Source: Chloroflexota bacterium (GTDB lineage Bacteria > Chloroflexota > Limnocylindria > Limnocylindrales > CSP1-4). Taken from it: DNA of 64,000 nucleotides. Every line of letters starts with the position of its first letter. Positions within the stretch are counted from its first letter, which is position 1. The notes beneath the pieces are model-generated. The model was not told where the DNA came from, ran no database searches, and saw only the letters and a list, made by a program, of their open reading frames with translations. The stretch lies in NCBI GenBank assembly GCA_919901745.1, contig CAKKPP010000003.1, positions 138,840 through 202,839 of the forward strand, given 5' to 3'. Position numbers and translations under genes: made by a program. This document shows, piece by piece, positions 9,164 through 17,567 of this stretch.

Positions 9164-9919
9164 TCAGAGCGAAACTCCGATTGCCCCCGTCGCGAGCGAG
9201 AACAGCCAGATCGCGACGACCCCCAGCAGGGTGAACAGCACCACGACACGGGAGCGGTCGCTGCGATGCGCCTCGGGGAGCAACTCGGCCGCGCCGATGT
9301 ACAGGAAAAAGCCGGCGAACACGCCGAGCATCACGCCGAGGATCGTCGAATCGATCGGCAGGACCTGGCCGACGGCTACGCCGGCGACCGGGGCGATGGC
9401 CACGAGGCCCACCCAGCGATAGGCGACGCTCCGCGGCATGTGGCTGGCGAGGAGCAGGCTCACGACGCCGATCCCGTCGCTGAAGCGATGGATGATGACG
9501 ACGGCGGCGATGACCAGGCCGACCCCGCCGCCGACCGTGAGGGCTGCCGACAGCGCGACGCCGTCGAGGAAGCTGTGGGCGCCCATCCCTCCCGCGCCGA
9601 TGGTTCCGACGTGGCGATGGGCGGCCTCGCCGTGGTCCAGCTCCGCGGCGGTCTCATGGCCGACGTGCAGCGTCGTCAGCTTCTCGATCGTGTAGAACGC
9701 CACGAAGCCGATCGCGGTCGCGATCATCGCGGCGTCGAGGTTGTTGCCGAGTTGCTCGATTGCCTCGGGGATCAGGTCAAAGAATGCGGCCCCGATCCGG
9801 ATCCCGGCCCCGACGGCGATGATCGGACCGACCATGCGCACCGCGCGCAGGGCCAGCACGCCGCCCGCCAGTGCCGAGAGGAACGCCCCGCCCGAGACGA
9901 GGAGCGCGAGCGCGGTCAT
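9164..9919 (-). CDS. ZIP family zinc transporter (ZupT-like)
   Basis: Eight predicted TM helices, His-rich loop HGEAAHRHVG, conserved HxxxD/ExxH-type helices; 251 aa. ATG overlaps the zur stop (ATGA). Confidence 0.85.
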   Translation of the reverse strand: MTALALLVSGGAFLSALAGGVLALRAVRMVGPIIAVGAGIRIGAAFFDLIPEAIEQLGNNLDAAMIATAIGFVAFYTIEKLTTLHVGHETAAELDHGEAAHRHVGTIGAGGMGAHSFLDGVALSAALTVGGGVGLVIAAVVIIHRFSDGIGVVSLLLASHMPRSVAYRWVGLVAIAPVAGVAVGQVLPIDSTILGVMLGVFAGFFLYIGAAELLPEAHRSDRSRVVVLFTLLGVVAIWLFSLATGAIGVSL

Positions 9920-10356
9920 CGGTCTGTGGTCTCGCCGGCAAGGCAGTCGGCGCAGCGTCCGAACAGCTCGAGGCGGTGCGCGTCGACACGAAAGCCCGTC
10001 CGATGAGCGATCTCCGCGACCACCGAGCGGAAGCCGGCGTCATCGATTTCCGTCGACCGTCCGCAGCGATCGCAGACCATATGGTGGTGGTGAGCGGGTC
10101 GGCAGGCCACGTAGGCGTGCTCGCCGCTGGGAAGGTCGATGCGCTCGACGACACCGAGTTCTGCGAGAAGGTCGATTGCGCGAAACACCGTCGCCCGTCC
10201 GATCCGCAGGTCGCGAGCATCGGCGTCGGCGACCAGGTCGGCCGCAGTAAACGGGCCCTCCCTCGCGGCGATGAGGCGCATCGCGGCAAGGCGCGGCGCC
10301 GTCAGGCGATGGCCTGCCTGTTCGAGCGCTTCGGTCATTGTCGCGTGATGGGCCAT
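9916..10356 (-). CDS. zur: Fur-family metalloregulator, probably Zur
   Basis: RLTAPRLAAMRLIAAREGPFTAADLV, HHHH, CxxC...CxxC (CDRCGRS...CADC). Translationally coupled to the ZIP transporter. Start at MAHHATMTEAL; the track start 10509 is extended. Confidence 0.8.
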   Translation of the reverse strand: MAHHATMTEALEQAGHRLTAPRLAAMRLIAAREGPFTAADLVADADARDLRIGRATVFRAIDLLAELGVVERIDLPSGEHAYVACRPAHHHHMVCDRCGRSTEIDDAGFRSVVAEIAHRTGFRVDAHRLELFGRCADCLAGETTDR

Positions 10357-10442
10357 GGGGGCCAGATGATACCCAGTCTCAGTGCGAGTGTCGAGAGCGG
10401 GACCGGCCGACGGACCGAGCCGGCTGGGCGATACTGGCGGCG

Positions 10443-10946
10443 ATGGATGATCGCGAGCGCCTCGATTCTGCCGTTTCCCGGCTCGGGGTTCCGTACGAGC
10501 TGTTCGCATGCGACCCGGCCCTGGCCGATACGGCCGCGTTTTGCGCCGCGTATGGATTCCCCCCCGAGGACTCGGCGAACACGATCGTCGTTATCGGCAA
10601 GGCGGACCCGCCACGATTCGCGGCGTGCGTGGTCCTCGCTCCCAACCGCCTCGACGTCAATCGGACGGTTCGCGATCGGCTGGGGACCCGCAAGGCGTCG
10701 TTCGCGCCGACCGACCAGACACGCGAGTTGACCGGGATGGAGATCGGAGGGGTCACCGTGTTCGGCCTGCCGCCCGACGTCCCGGTCTGGGTCGACTCGC
10801 GGGTCATGGCTCGCGAACGGATCGTGCTCGGCGGCGGAAGCCGGTCGTGGAAGGTGATCGCCGCTCCGGCCATCCTCCTCGCCCTCCCGAATGTTGCCGT
10901 CGTGGCGGGCCTGGCGAACGATCCACCGCCGGTCGCTGTCGAGTAG
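10443..10946 (+). CDS. YbaK/ProX-type aminoacyl-tRNA deacylase domain protein
   Basis: LGVPYELFACDP...DTAAFCAAYG...IVVIGKAD...GGVTVFG pattern of the YbaK/EbsC family. Confidence 0.65.
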   Translation: MDDRERLDSAVSRLGVPYELFACDPALADTAAFCAAYGFPPEDSANTIVVIGKADPPRFAACVVLAPNRLDVNRTVRDRLGTRKASFAPTDQTRELTGMEIGGVTVFGLPPDVPVWVDSRVMARERIVLGGGSRSWKVIAAPAILLALPNVAVVAGLANDPPPVAVE

Positions 10947-11093
10947 CGTGATCGCGCGGACCCGCATGAGCGCGGGCCGATCCGCCCGGTCCGATCGGGC
11001 CGTCCAGCCCTCGCCGCCACCTCGACCCGTGCGCGAGACTCGACCCGCGAGCGAGCGCTCGCTGTCCCGCCGCGCACGGTCGGCCCAACGATC

Positions 11094-11999
11094 GTGCGCC
11101 CGGCGGGACGCTCCCCACTGCCATCGATGAGGGTTCACTCCGTGCCAGCCGATCCAGCCACGCCGCCGGTCAGTCGACGCGAGCGTCGGCGGCGTGAACG
11201 CGCCGAGATCCCGTCCGGGCAGCGCCGCCGCGCCACTCAGAAGTCGCCCGCGCGCAAGGGTCCATCGCTGGCGGTGGTGTCGCTGCTGGCGGTGCTCTTC
11301 GGGTTCGGTGGGATCGCCGCGCTCCAGCTCGCTGCACCCGGCGACGGGGGATCGAGCCCCCCGGTCGGCAACTTCCTCATCCCACCTGCGACGATCCCGG
11401 CGGGGATTGCGGTTGACGGTGAGTCGGCGGGTCGGCCCGATGCCGCTCTCGTCCTGGAGATCTACGGCGACTACCAGTGTCCCGTGTGCGCTCGGTTCGC
11501 ACGCGAGTACCTGGGTCGGCTCGTCGCCGACTTCGTGCAGCCCGGCGACCTCCGCGTTGTCGATCGCGCGATCGCCTTCCTGGGAACCGGCCGACCCGAC
11601 GAGTCCGAGCAGGCGGCGATCGGCGCCGCGTGTGCCGCGGAGCAGAACCGCTACTGGCCGTTCCACGACATCCTCCTGTGGAACCAGCACGGCGAGAACG
11701 AGGGCGCGTTCAGCCGGGAGCGGCTCGCGGCGATGGCCGACGCCGTCGGGTTGGAGCGCGGCGCCTGGGATGCCTGCGTCGCGGACCCGGCAAGGCTGGC
11801 TGCGATCAGGCTGGCGACGGCGGATGCGGCGGCTGCCCAGATCGTGTCCACCCCGACGCTCGTCCTGGGCAACGCCAACGACCCGGCCGGTGGGGAGCGG
11901 ATCGTGGGGATGCCGAGGACATACGAGGAACTGGCGGCGGCGATCCGCGCCCGGCTCGCGACGGGAGCCGTCACGAGCATCGCGCCCACCGTCCCATGA
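11094..11999 (+). CDS. DsbA-like thiol:disulfide oxidoreductase, membrane-anchored
   Basis: One TM helix (LAVVSLLAVLFGF), then a thioredoxin fold with CPVC active site. The start could instead be 11127. Confidence 0.75.
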   Translation: MRPAGRSPLPSMRVHSVPADPATPPVSRRERRRRERAEIPSGQRRRATQKSPARKGPSLAVVSLLAVLFGFGGIAALQLAAPGDGGSSPPVGNFLIPPATIPAGIAVDGESAGRPDAALVLEIYGDYQCPVCARFAREYLGRLVADFVQPGDLRVVDRAIAFLGTGRPDESEQAAIGAACAAEQNRYWPFHDILLWNQHGENEGAFSRERLAAMADAVGLERGAWDACVADPARLAAIRLATADAAAAQIVSTPTLVLGNANDPAGGERIVGMPRTYEELAAAIRARLATGAVTSIAPTVP

Positions 12000-12475
12000 C
12001 CCGGGGTGCGCCTGACGGCTCAGGTCCGCTGGAGACACCGGACGTGAAGCGGCCGCGCTGGGCGGCAACGGCGACGGCACCCCTCGCCGCGACCGGTCTG
12101 GCTGCCGCCGGCGTCCTCATCGCGGCGTATTTGACCGCGACGCGCCTGGCCGGCGACCTCCCGGCGTGCGGGCCCCTCGCCGGCTGCGAGCAGGTGGCGA
12201 CGAGTGCCTATAGCGAGGTGTTCGGCATCCCGGTCGCGGCGTTCGGCCTGGGCTACTCGCTGGCCGTCCTGGTCACGGTCGTGGCCTGGTGGCGGACGGG
12301 TTCACGACGCGCGGTCATCGCGGCCTACGCCCTGGGCCTTGCCGGGATCGTGGTCGTCGCCTACCTCACGTACCTCGAGCTGTTCGTCATCCACGCGATC
12401 TGCGCGTGGTGCGTGGCCTACGCGGCCACGGTCGCCCTTGGTTGGGGAGTCACGGCGATGGCGCTGCGGCGCTGA
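11996..12475 (+). CDS. Vitamin K epoxide reductase (VKOR) family protein
   Basis: Conserved Cys pair (ACGPLAGC) and CAWC active site; TM helices. Overlaps the DsbA stop (ATGA), the classic actinobacterial DsbA-VKOR pair. Confidence 0.8.
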   Translation: MTRGAPDGSGPLETPDVKRPRWAATATAPLAATGLAAAGVLIAAYLTATRLAGDLPACGPLAGCEQVATSAYSEVFGIPVAAFGLGYSLAVLVTVVAWWRTGSRRAVIAAYALGLAGIVVVAYLTYLELFVIHAICAWCVAYAATVALGWGVTAMALRR

Positions 12476-13748
12476 TCGAGGCCCTGGTGAGCGCCGCCCC
12501 GGCGAACAGCAGGATGGCCGAGCCCACGGCACCCACGCACAGCACGGTCCCGATCAGCCCGATCACGGGCCACGACGCGACCGTTCCGATCCACAGTGCC
12601 CCGCATCCGACGTTGATCGCAACCAGCCTCACGATGCCCCAGCGGGCCAGGATGGTCCGCCGCAGCGCGTGGCGGGTCGCATCCCCTGGACCGATCGACG
12701 GGAGGAGGTGGCTCCAGGCGCCGATCAGGACCTGGACGACGAATCCGACGACGAGCGGCGCCAGGAACAGCTGGAGCGACCACGCCTCGGGTGTCGCACC
12801 CAGCGCGACCACGCGGCCGCCCGCGACCGTGGCCGCGGCCGCGAACCAGCTCGCCCCGAGGAGCAGGCTGACGGACGTCAGCCGATGCCAGGCGCCCTCC
12901 GTGGTCCACCGGGCGCGGTCGCGCTGGACCTGCCAGCCGTGGATCGCCAGCGCCCAGCCGGCGCCGACAACCAGCGCGCCGCCGACGCGTGCCAGCGGAT
13001 CCCAGCCGCCCAGATAGCCCCCCGCGACCAGGGGCGGTCCGACGGCGAGGCCGGCGATCGCGAACGGCGCCGCTCGTCGAAGCCGGATCTGTGAGCCGGC
13101 GATCGTCGGTGCGAGGTGCACAAGGGTCGCCGTGATCGTCAGGGACAGGAAGCCGAGGAGGTTCAACCAGGCGTGGGCCGGCTTGATCGACGGCCAGTCC
13201 GCCGCGATGTCGCGCTGCCCGGCGAGGAGCAGCGTGGCCAGTGCGGCGCCCACGCCGACATCGGCGAGGGCGACCGCGTAGGCAATCTCGATGGGTCGTC
13301 GGCGAACGCCGAGCGCGCCTCGGAGCGGGGCGAGCGCCGCCACCGCGACGAAGCCGACGCCGGCGATGAATGCGCCCCCGGCGAGGACCGCCGGCACGAC
13401 ATCGCCACGGGCATGTCCGTAGACGGTGACTGCGGCGGCCGCTCCGGTCGCGACGAGAACGATCCCGGCGATCCGGATCCAGGGCCGGACCGGACTCGCC
13501 ACGGCGAGCGCGGCGGTGAAGAACGGGAGGACGGCCGCGATGGCCGTCGTCGCGGCGCCGGCCAGCGCAAGATGGAGCGGCAGCCAGAGTCCAAGCCGGA
13601 TGGATGGCGGGAGTGCGAGCGAGGCTCCCGCGACGGCCAGGAAGGCGACCGCCACGACGAGTCCGCCGAACGTGATCCGTCGATCCGTGGCGCGCAGGAT
13701 CGGGCTGCGCCGGCGGGCTCCCCCGGCACGGTCCAGTTCGATGATCAC
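12450..13748 (-). CDS. Polytopic membrane protein, hypothetical
   Basis: 432 aa with more than 10 hydrophobic helices; no recognisable motif; GTG start. Confidence 0.55.
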   Translation of the reverse strand: MIIELDRAGGARRRSPILRATDRRITFGGLVVAVAFLAVAGASLALPPSIRLGLWLPLHLALAGAATTAIAAVLPFFTAALAVASPVRPWIRIAGIVLVATGAAAAVTVYGHARGDVVPAVLAGGAFIAGVGFVAVAALAPLRGALGVRRRPIEIAYAVALADVGVGAALATLLLAGQRDIAADWPSIKPAHAWLNLLGFLSLTITATLVHLAPTIAGSQIRLRRAAPFAIAGLAVGPPLVAGGYLGGWDPLARVGGALVVGAGWALAIHGWQVQRDRARWTTEGAWHRLTSVSLLLGASWFAAAATVAGGRVVALGATPEAWSLQLFLAPLVVGFVVQVLIGAWSHLLPSIGPGDATRHALRRTILARWGIVRLVAINVGCGALWIGTVASWPVIGLIGTVLCVGAVGSAILLFAGAALTRASISAAAPSP

Positions 13749-13779
13749 GTCGTTGTTCGGCGACCTCGCGACATGGGGC

Positions 13780-13811
13780 GATGCCCGCCGTTCGAGGGAC
13801 CGGCGGGCATC
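13780..13811 (-). terminator. Perfect 11-bp stem / 10-nt loop hairpin (GATGCCCGCCG...CGGCGGGCATC)
   Basis: About 35 nt downstream of the nirK-like stop on the minus strand. No U-tract, which is common in high-GC genomes. Confidence 0.35.
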
Positions 13812-13845
13812 ATGGCCGAGGCGCCGACGGCTCCTCGGGCGGGGG

Positions 13846-15228
13846 TCAGTTCAGCGGGTCGCCGTCGCCGGCCTTGAGCAGGCCGAGCGCCCCGCGACCG
13901 ACGAAGTTGAAGGCGTGGGTCACGATCGGGTAGAGGCCGTCCTCGGGCATCGTCAACTCGATGATCGCGCCCTGAGCCGGCGACAGGTCCACGGCCTGCG
14001 AGCCGTAGTGGCCCGGGTTGCTCGGGGTCAACTGGAAGCCTTCCTTGATGACCGTGTCGAAGATGGTTCCGACGACGTGGAACGAGCTGTCGATGCTGGG
14101 TCCGGTGTCGAGCACGAAGATCCGCACGCGGCCGCCGGTCGCCACCTCGATGGGATTGTCGAGGTACTGGTTGGCGACACCGTTGAAGACGACGAAGTCT
14201 GGCGCCGGTGCGCCGGCCGACGCCTTCGCCAGCGAGGTGATGTCACCCTGCGGCCCGAGATACCACTCGCTCTGGACGAGGGCGATCTCCGTGTCCACGG
14301 GCTCGAACCCGCCGATGGGCTCGACGATGACCATCCCGAACATGCCGTTCGCGATGTGGTGGAGCGCCGGGCTCGTGCCGCAGTGATACATCCACACGCC
14401 GGCATAGTCGGCCTTCCACTCGTAGAGCTTCTCCTCGCCGGGGTTGATCGAGGTCATCTCGTCGTTCCAGGCGACCTGGCTGGCATGGAAATCGATCGAG
14501 TGCGGGAGCTCGCTCGTGGCCGGGTTCTTCAGATGGATCCGGATGGTGTCGCCCTGCTTGACGCGGATGACCGGCCCGGGAACGGTTCCGTTCGTCGGCG
14601 TGGTCCCGAACGTCCAGACCTTCTGAACGAAGCCCTTCGCCACGGTCATCAGCTTCTCCTGGATGTAGAGATCGATGTCGTGGACGGTGCCCTCGAGGAC
14701 CTTCGGCGCCAGTGCGTCGTACAGCGCGTACGCGGGAGCGTTCGGATCGGCCTCGACGTCGCCGGTGGCGGCCGGTCCGCCGTGGTCGTCGGGGTTGGCG
14801 GCCGCGCTGCCCTTGACGGTGACCGATCCGGTCATGCCGGCATCGGCGTGGCCCGGGACCGAGCAGATGAAGGTGAGCCCGTCCGCCGGGATGTCGACCA
14901 CGACGCTGGCGGTTTGGCCGGCTTCGGCCTTGGCGATCTCCCCGGTCACGAATGTGAGGTCGTGAAGGATCGCACCGTCATTCTTGAGCTTCACCTCGTA
15001 GCGGCCGGCCTTGTCGACCTCCAGCTTGTCCGGCGCGAACGCGAGATCGATGCTGACGATGTCGAGAGACCCGAGGGCCTCGCCTCCCCCGGCGGCTGGT
15101 TGACTGGCGCCGGGCGCCGGGGTAGTCCCCGGGGAGTAGGTCCAACTGGGCTGGGTGGCCGGCGCGCAGGCTGCGGCGATCAGCGCGACGGACATGGCAA
15201 GGACGGCGGACTGGATGAAGCGTGGCAT
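13846..15228 (-). CDS. nirK: Copper-containing nitrite reductase (NirK family) with N-terminal cupredoxin domain; lipoprotein
   Basis: HSIDFHA...NPGEE...WMYHCGTSP...HIANGMFG...VFNG motifs parallel NirK type-1/type-2 Cu ligands. N-terminal plastocyanin-like domain (FICSVPGHADAGMTGSV). Lipobox LIAAAC. SD GAGGGAGG before ATG 15228; track start 15924 is extended. Confidence 0.75.
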   Translation of the reverse strand: MPRFIQSAVLAMSVALIAAACAPATQPSWTYSPGTTPAPGASQPAAGGGEALGSLDIVSIDLAFAPDKLEVDKAGRYEVKLKNDGAILHDLTFVTGEIAKAEAGQTASVVVDIPADGLTFICSVPGHADAGMTGSVTVKGSAAANPDDHGGPAATGDVEADPNAPAYALYDALAPKVLEGTVHDIDLYIQEKLMTVAKGFVQKVWTFGTTPTNGTVPGPVIRVKQGDTIRIHLKNPATSELPHSIDFHASQVAWNDEMTSINPGEEKLYEWKADYAGVWMYHCGTSPALHHIANGMFGMVIVEPIGGFEPVDTEIALVQSEWYLGPQGDITSLAKASAGAPAPDFVVFNGVANQYLDNPIEVATGGRVRIFVLDTGPSIDSSFHVVGTIFDTVIKEGFQLTPSNPGHYGSQAVDLSPAQGAIIELTMPEDGLYPIVTHAFNFVGRGALGLLKAGDGDPLN

Positions 15229-15502
15229 TGCGGTGCCTCCCTCGAAGAGCACCCGCTGTTGCGGGACGTCGAGCGGATGGTCGCACGGCTCACGAATCCC
15301 GGCGGAGGGCCGTAGGTCCCGGGCAGATGGGACGGTTGGCCCCTTCGCGCCGGCCGTGGTACCGGGCGGGACCGGGGGTCCGGGCCGTGACCGGGACCAT
15401 CGTGCCGGTGCGGGCTGCCGTCGAGGGAACGAGACTGATCGTGATGCTCGGCGCCGGACTTCCTTTGTAGCCCGGGGATGCTCGAGCAGGGTCGAGGATT
15501 CG

Positions 15503-16342
15503 ATGACGATCAACGTCCTGCGCGGCAAGGCGCGTCGTGGAGCGGCCAGCCTGACCCCCGCCTTGATTGGCGAGGCCGACGAGGCCGTCTTCAGCTGTCC
15601 CGCCTGTGCCCGCCCCCTGGTCGTGGGTGCGCGCCGCTGTCCCGGGTGCCGGACGCGCCTCGTGATGGGGATCCAGCTTGGCCGGGCCGCGTTGTTCCTG
15701 ACCCTCGGGGTCACGCTGGGGAGCCTGGTCGGCGGTGGCCTGGTTGCGTTTATCGTGCAGGATCGGCTCCATATGGTCGCGCGCCCGGTCGCTGCCGACA
15801 TCGTTCCGAATACCGCACCGACGGATGCGGCTCCGCTCGCGTCTGTGCCCATCGTTCCCATCGTGGCGGTTCCGGCGATCCCCGCGACGGCCATCGCATC
15901 GCTGGGCCAGACGGCGCTCGTCAATGCCCGCCTCGCCGACGCCGCCGGCGAGCTCAGTCAGGCCCTCGCGAGCGAGCCGATCGACACCGCCGTCGTGGCA
16001 TCGGCCCTGCGGGCGATCACGACCGATGCCGCGTCCGCGTTGAGCGTAACGTCGCGCCTGGGTACCTGGCCCGCCGCCGCCGACCTTGCCGGCGACATGC
16101 GCACCTTCTACACGGACGCTCGAGCCGTCGCGCGCGCCGGTCTCGGTGCATCCCTGGCGAACGAGCCGGCGTATCGCGAGGCGGCCCGGTCCATGCTGGC
16201 CGTGCTCGGCTCGCTGGGGACGCTCGACGCAGAGTCGCGCCTCCTGGCCCAGGTGGCCGGGGTGACGTTGCCGCCCGTCGATCTGCCGTCGGCCACGGAT
16301 GCCGCCGGCCCGACGGGTCCGGGGTCCGAACCGCTGCCCTGA
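15503..16342 (+). CDS. Zinc-ribbon (CPAC...CPGC) membrane-anchored protein, hypothetical
   Basis: FSCPACARPLVVGARRCPGCRTRL followed by a TM helix and an Ala-rich helical domain. Confidence 0.5.
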   Translation: MTINVLRGKARRGAASLTPALIGEADEAVFSCPACARPLVVGARRCPGCRTRLVMGIQLGRAALFLTLGVTLGSLVGGGLVAFIVQDRLHMVARPVAADIVPNTAPTDAAPLASVPIVPIVAVPAIPATAIASLGQTALVNARLADAAGELSQALASEPIDTAVVASALRAITTDAASALSVTSRLGTWPAAADLAGDMRTFYTDARAVARAGLGASLANEPAYREAARSMLAVLGSLGTLDAESRLLAQVAGVTLPPVDLPSATDAAGPTGPGSEPLP

Positions 16343-16367
16343 CCCATCGGGGCCCCTTCCACCTGGT

Positions 16368-17567
16368 TCAATTCGCGTAGCCGGTCAGTTCCACGTAGCC
16401 GCGGCCCCCGACCTGGACGCCGCCGCGCGTCCCTGAGACTCGCTGCGAGCCCTCCCAGTAGACGACCCCCGTGGTCGGCCGGGTGTCGAGTTCCTGCTCG
16501 GCGACCGTTGGCGTCAGCTCGAGAACGAGATCCTCGGGCGCGATGAAGATCGACCACCCGGACGGATAGGTCGTGCCGGTCCGCTCACTGGTCCACGACG
16601 GGCCTGTCGCGGTCAACGTGATCGCGTCGCCTGGGACGTGCCGGGTCGAGCCGTCCGCATCGACCACGGTGCCGTAAGTGAGTACGGGTCGCCTCTGGGC
16701 ATCGCGCACGACGGAAATCGTGACGTCGGTCCCGTCGTCCAGGTTCACGGCGAACCAGTCCCAGCCGCCGCCGCCCACGGCAATGAAGTCGCCCCACTGG
16801 TGGTCGAACCAGGCGATCCCGGTGACCTGGAGATTGCGGTCGCCGACGATGAGCTGGCCGGATGCGTCCATGCGCGTCCGCGAGTAGTAGTACGAGCCGC
16901 CGGCCGGCCCGAAATCGATCCAGCCGTCGTTGAAATGGAGGGCTGCCGGCCGATCGGTCGAGAGCTGCAGGTCGATCACGATATCGGCGACCTCGGCGGA
17001 CGATGTCTGCTCGGTCGACATCATCCGGGCCGACAGCCGATCCCGGCCGCCGCCGCCGACCATCGACCATGCCGGGAGTCCCGAACCCTGGGTGACCGGG
17101 GTCTCGAGGGCGATGGCGAGGTCGAAGCCCGTCGGCTCGCCATCGGCCCCGATCGGGGAGTTGTCGACCCAGGGATCAAGCGCAGTTCGCTGCGCGTAGG
17201 TGAATGTGCCGTTCGCCTCGTCGGTGATGGCGATGTGCGACGCCCAGCTCACCGGGAAACTGCCGCGCTCGGCCCGGAAGATGACGTACTCGAAGCCCCA
17301 CGTGCCACCGTCCTGGTCGGTGAGGTGGCCGGTGTAATACCACCACTCGGTGAGCCGAGCGTGGGGGCCGTCGTCCCGCGGCAGGACGATGGGCCGTGGG
17401 TCGTCGGGTGGCGCGGGGGTCGACGTTTGAGCCGGGACACTCAGCGCGGGCGCCGCGGGGCGCGCGAGGATGGGTCCCGTGCAGGCGCTCGCGATGAGCG
17501 CGACCCCGAGGACGAGGGTCGCCAGACAGGTGCGGCGACGCTGTCGGTCGGGCGCCATCTCGACCAT
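16368..17567 (-). CDS. AttH/CrtC-like (lipocalin-type hydratase family) lipoprotein
   Basis: PRDDGPHARLTEWWYYTGHL...WGFEYVIFRAE...WFDHQWGDF are hallmark AttH/hydroxyneurosporene-synthase-like motifs. Lipobox LIASAC. ATG shares 1 nt with the MMPL stop. Confidence 0.7.
   Translation of the reverse strand: MVEMAPDRQRRRTCLATLVLGVALIASACTGPILARPAAPALSVPAQTSTPAPPDDPRPIVLPRDDGPHARLTEWWYYTGHLTDQDGGTWGFEYVIFRAERGSFPVSWASHIAITDEANGTFTYAQRTALDPWVDNSPIGADGEPTGFDLAIALETPVTQGSGLPAWSMVGGGGRDRLSARMMSTEQTSSAEVADIVIDLQLSTDRPAALHFNDGWIDFGPAGGSYYYSRTRMDASGQLIVGDRNLQVTGIAWFDHQWGDFIAVGGGGWDWFAVNLDDGTDVTISVVRDAQRRPVLTYGTVVDADGSTRHVPGDAITLTATGPSWTSERTGTTYPSGWSIFIAPEDLVLELTPTVAEQELDTRPTTGVVYWEGSQRVSGTRGGVQVGGRGYVELTGYAN

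Noticed and set aside
10357-10442. Looked for a Zur box (AT-rich palindrome) upstream of zur
   Set aside because: No convincing AT-rich inverted repeat present; cannot call a site.
10335-12080. 581-aa minus-strand ORF across the YbaK/DsbA region
   Set aside because: Arg/Pro/Gly-rich low-complexity translation typical of antisense frames in high-GC DNA; the plus-strand genes have clear motifs (CPVC thioredoxin, VKOR).
13426-15315. 629-aa plus-strand ORF
   Set aside because: Antisense to the NirK-like gene, which has unmistakable copper-ligand motifs.
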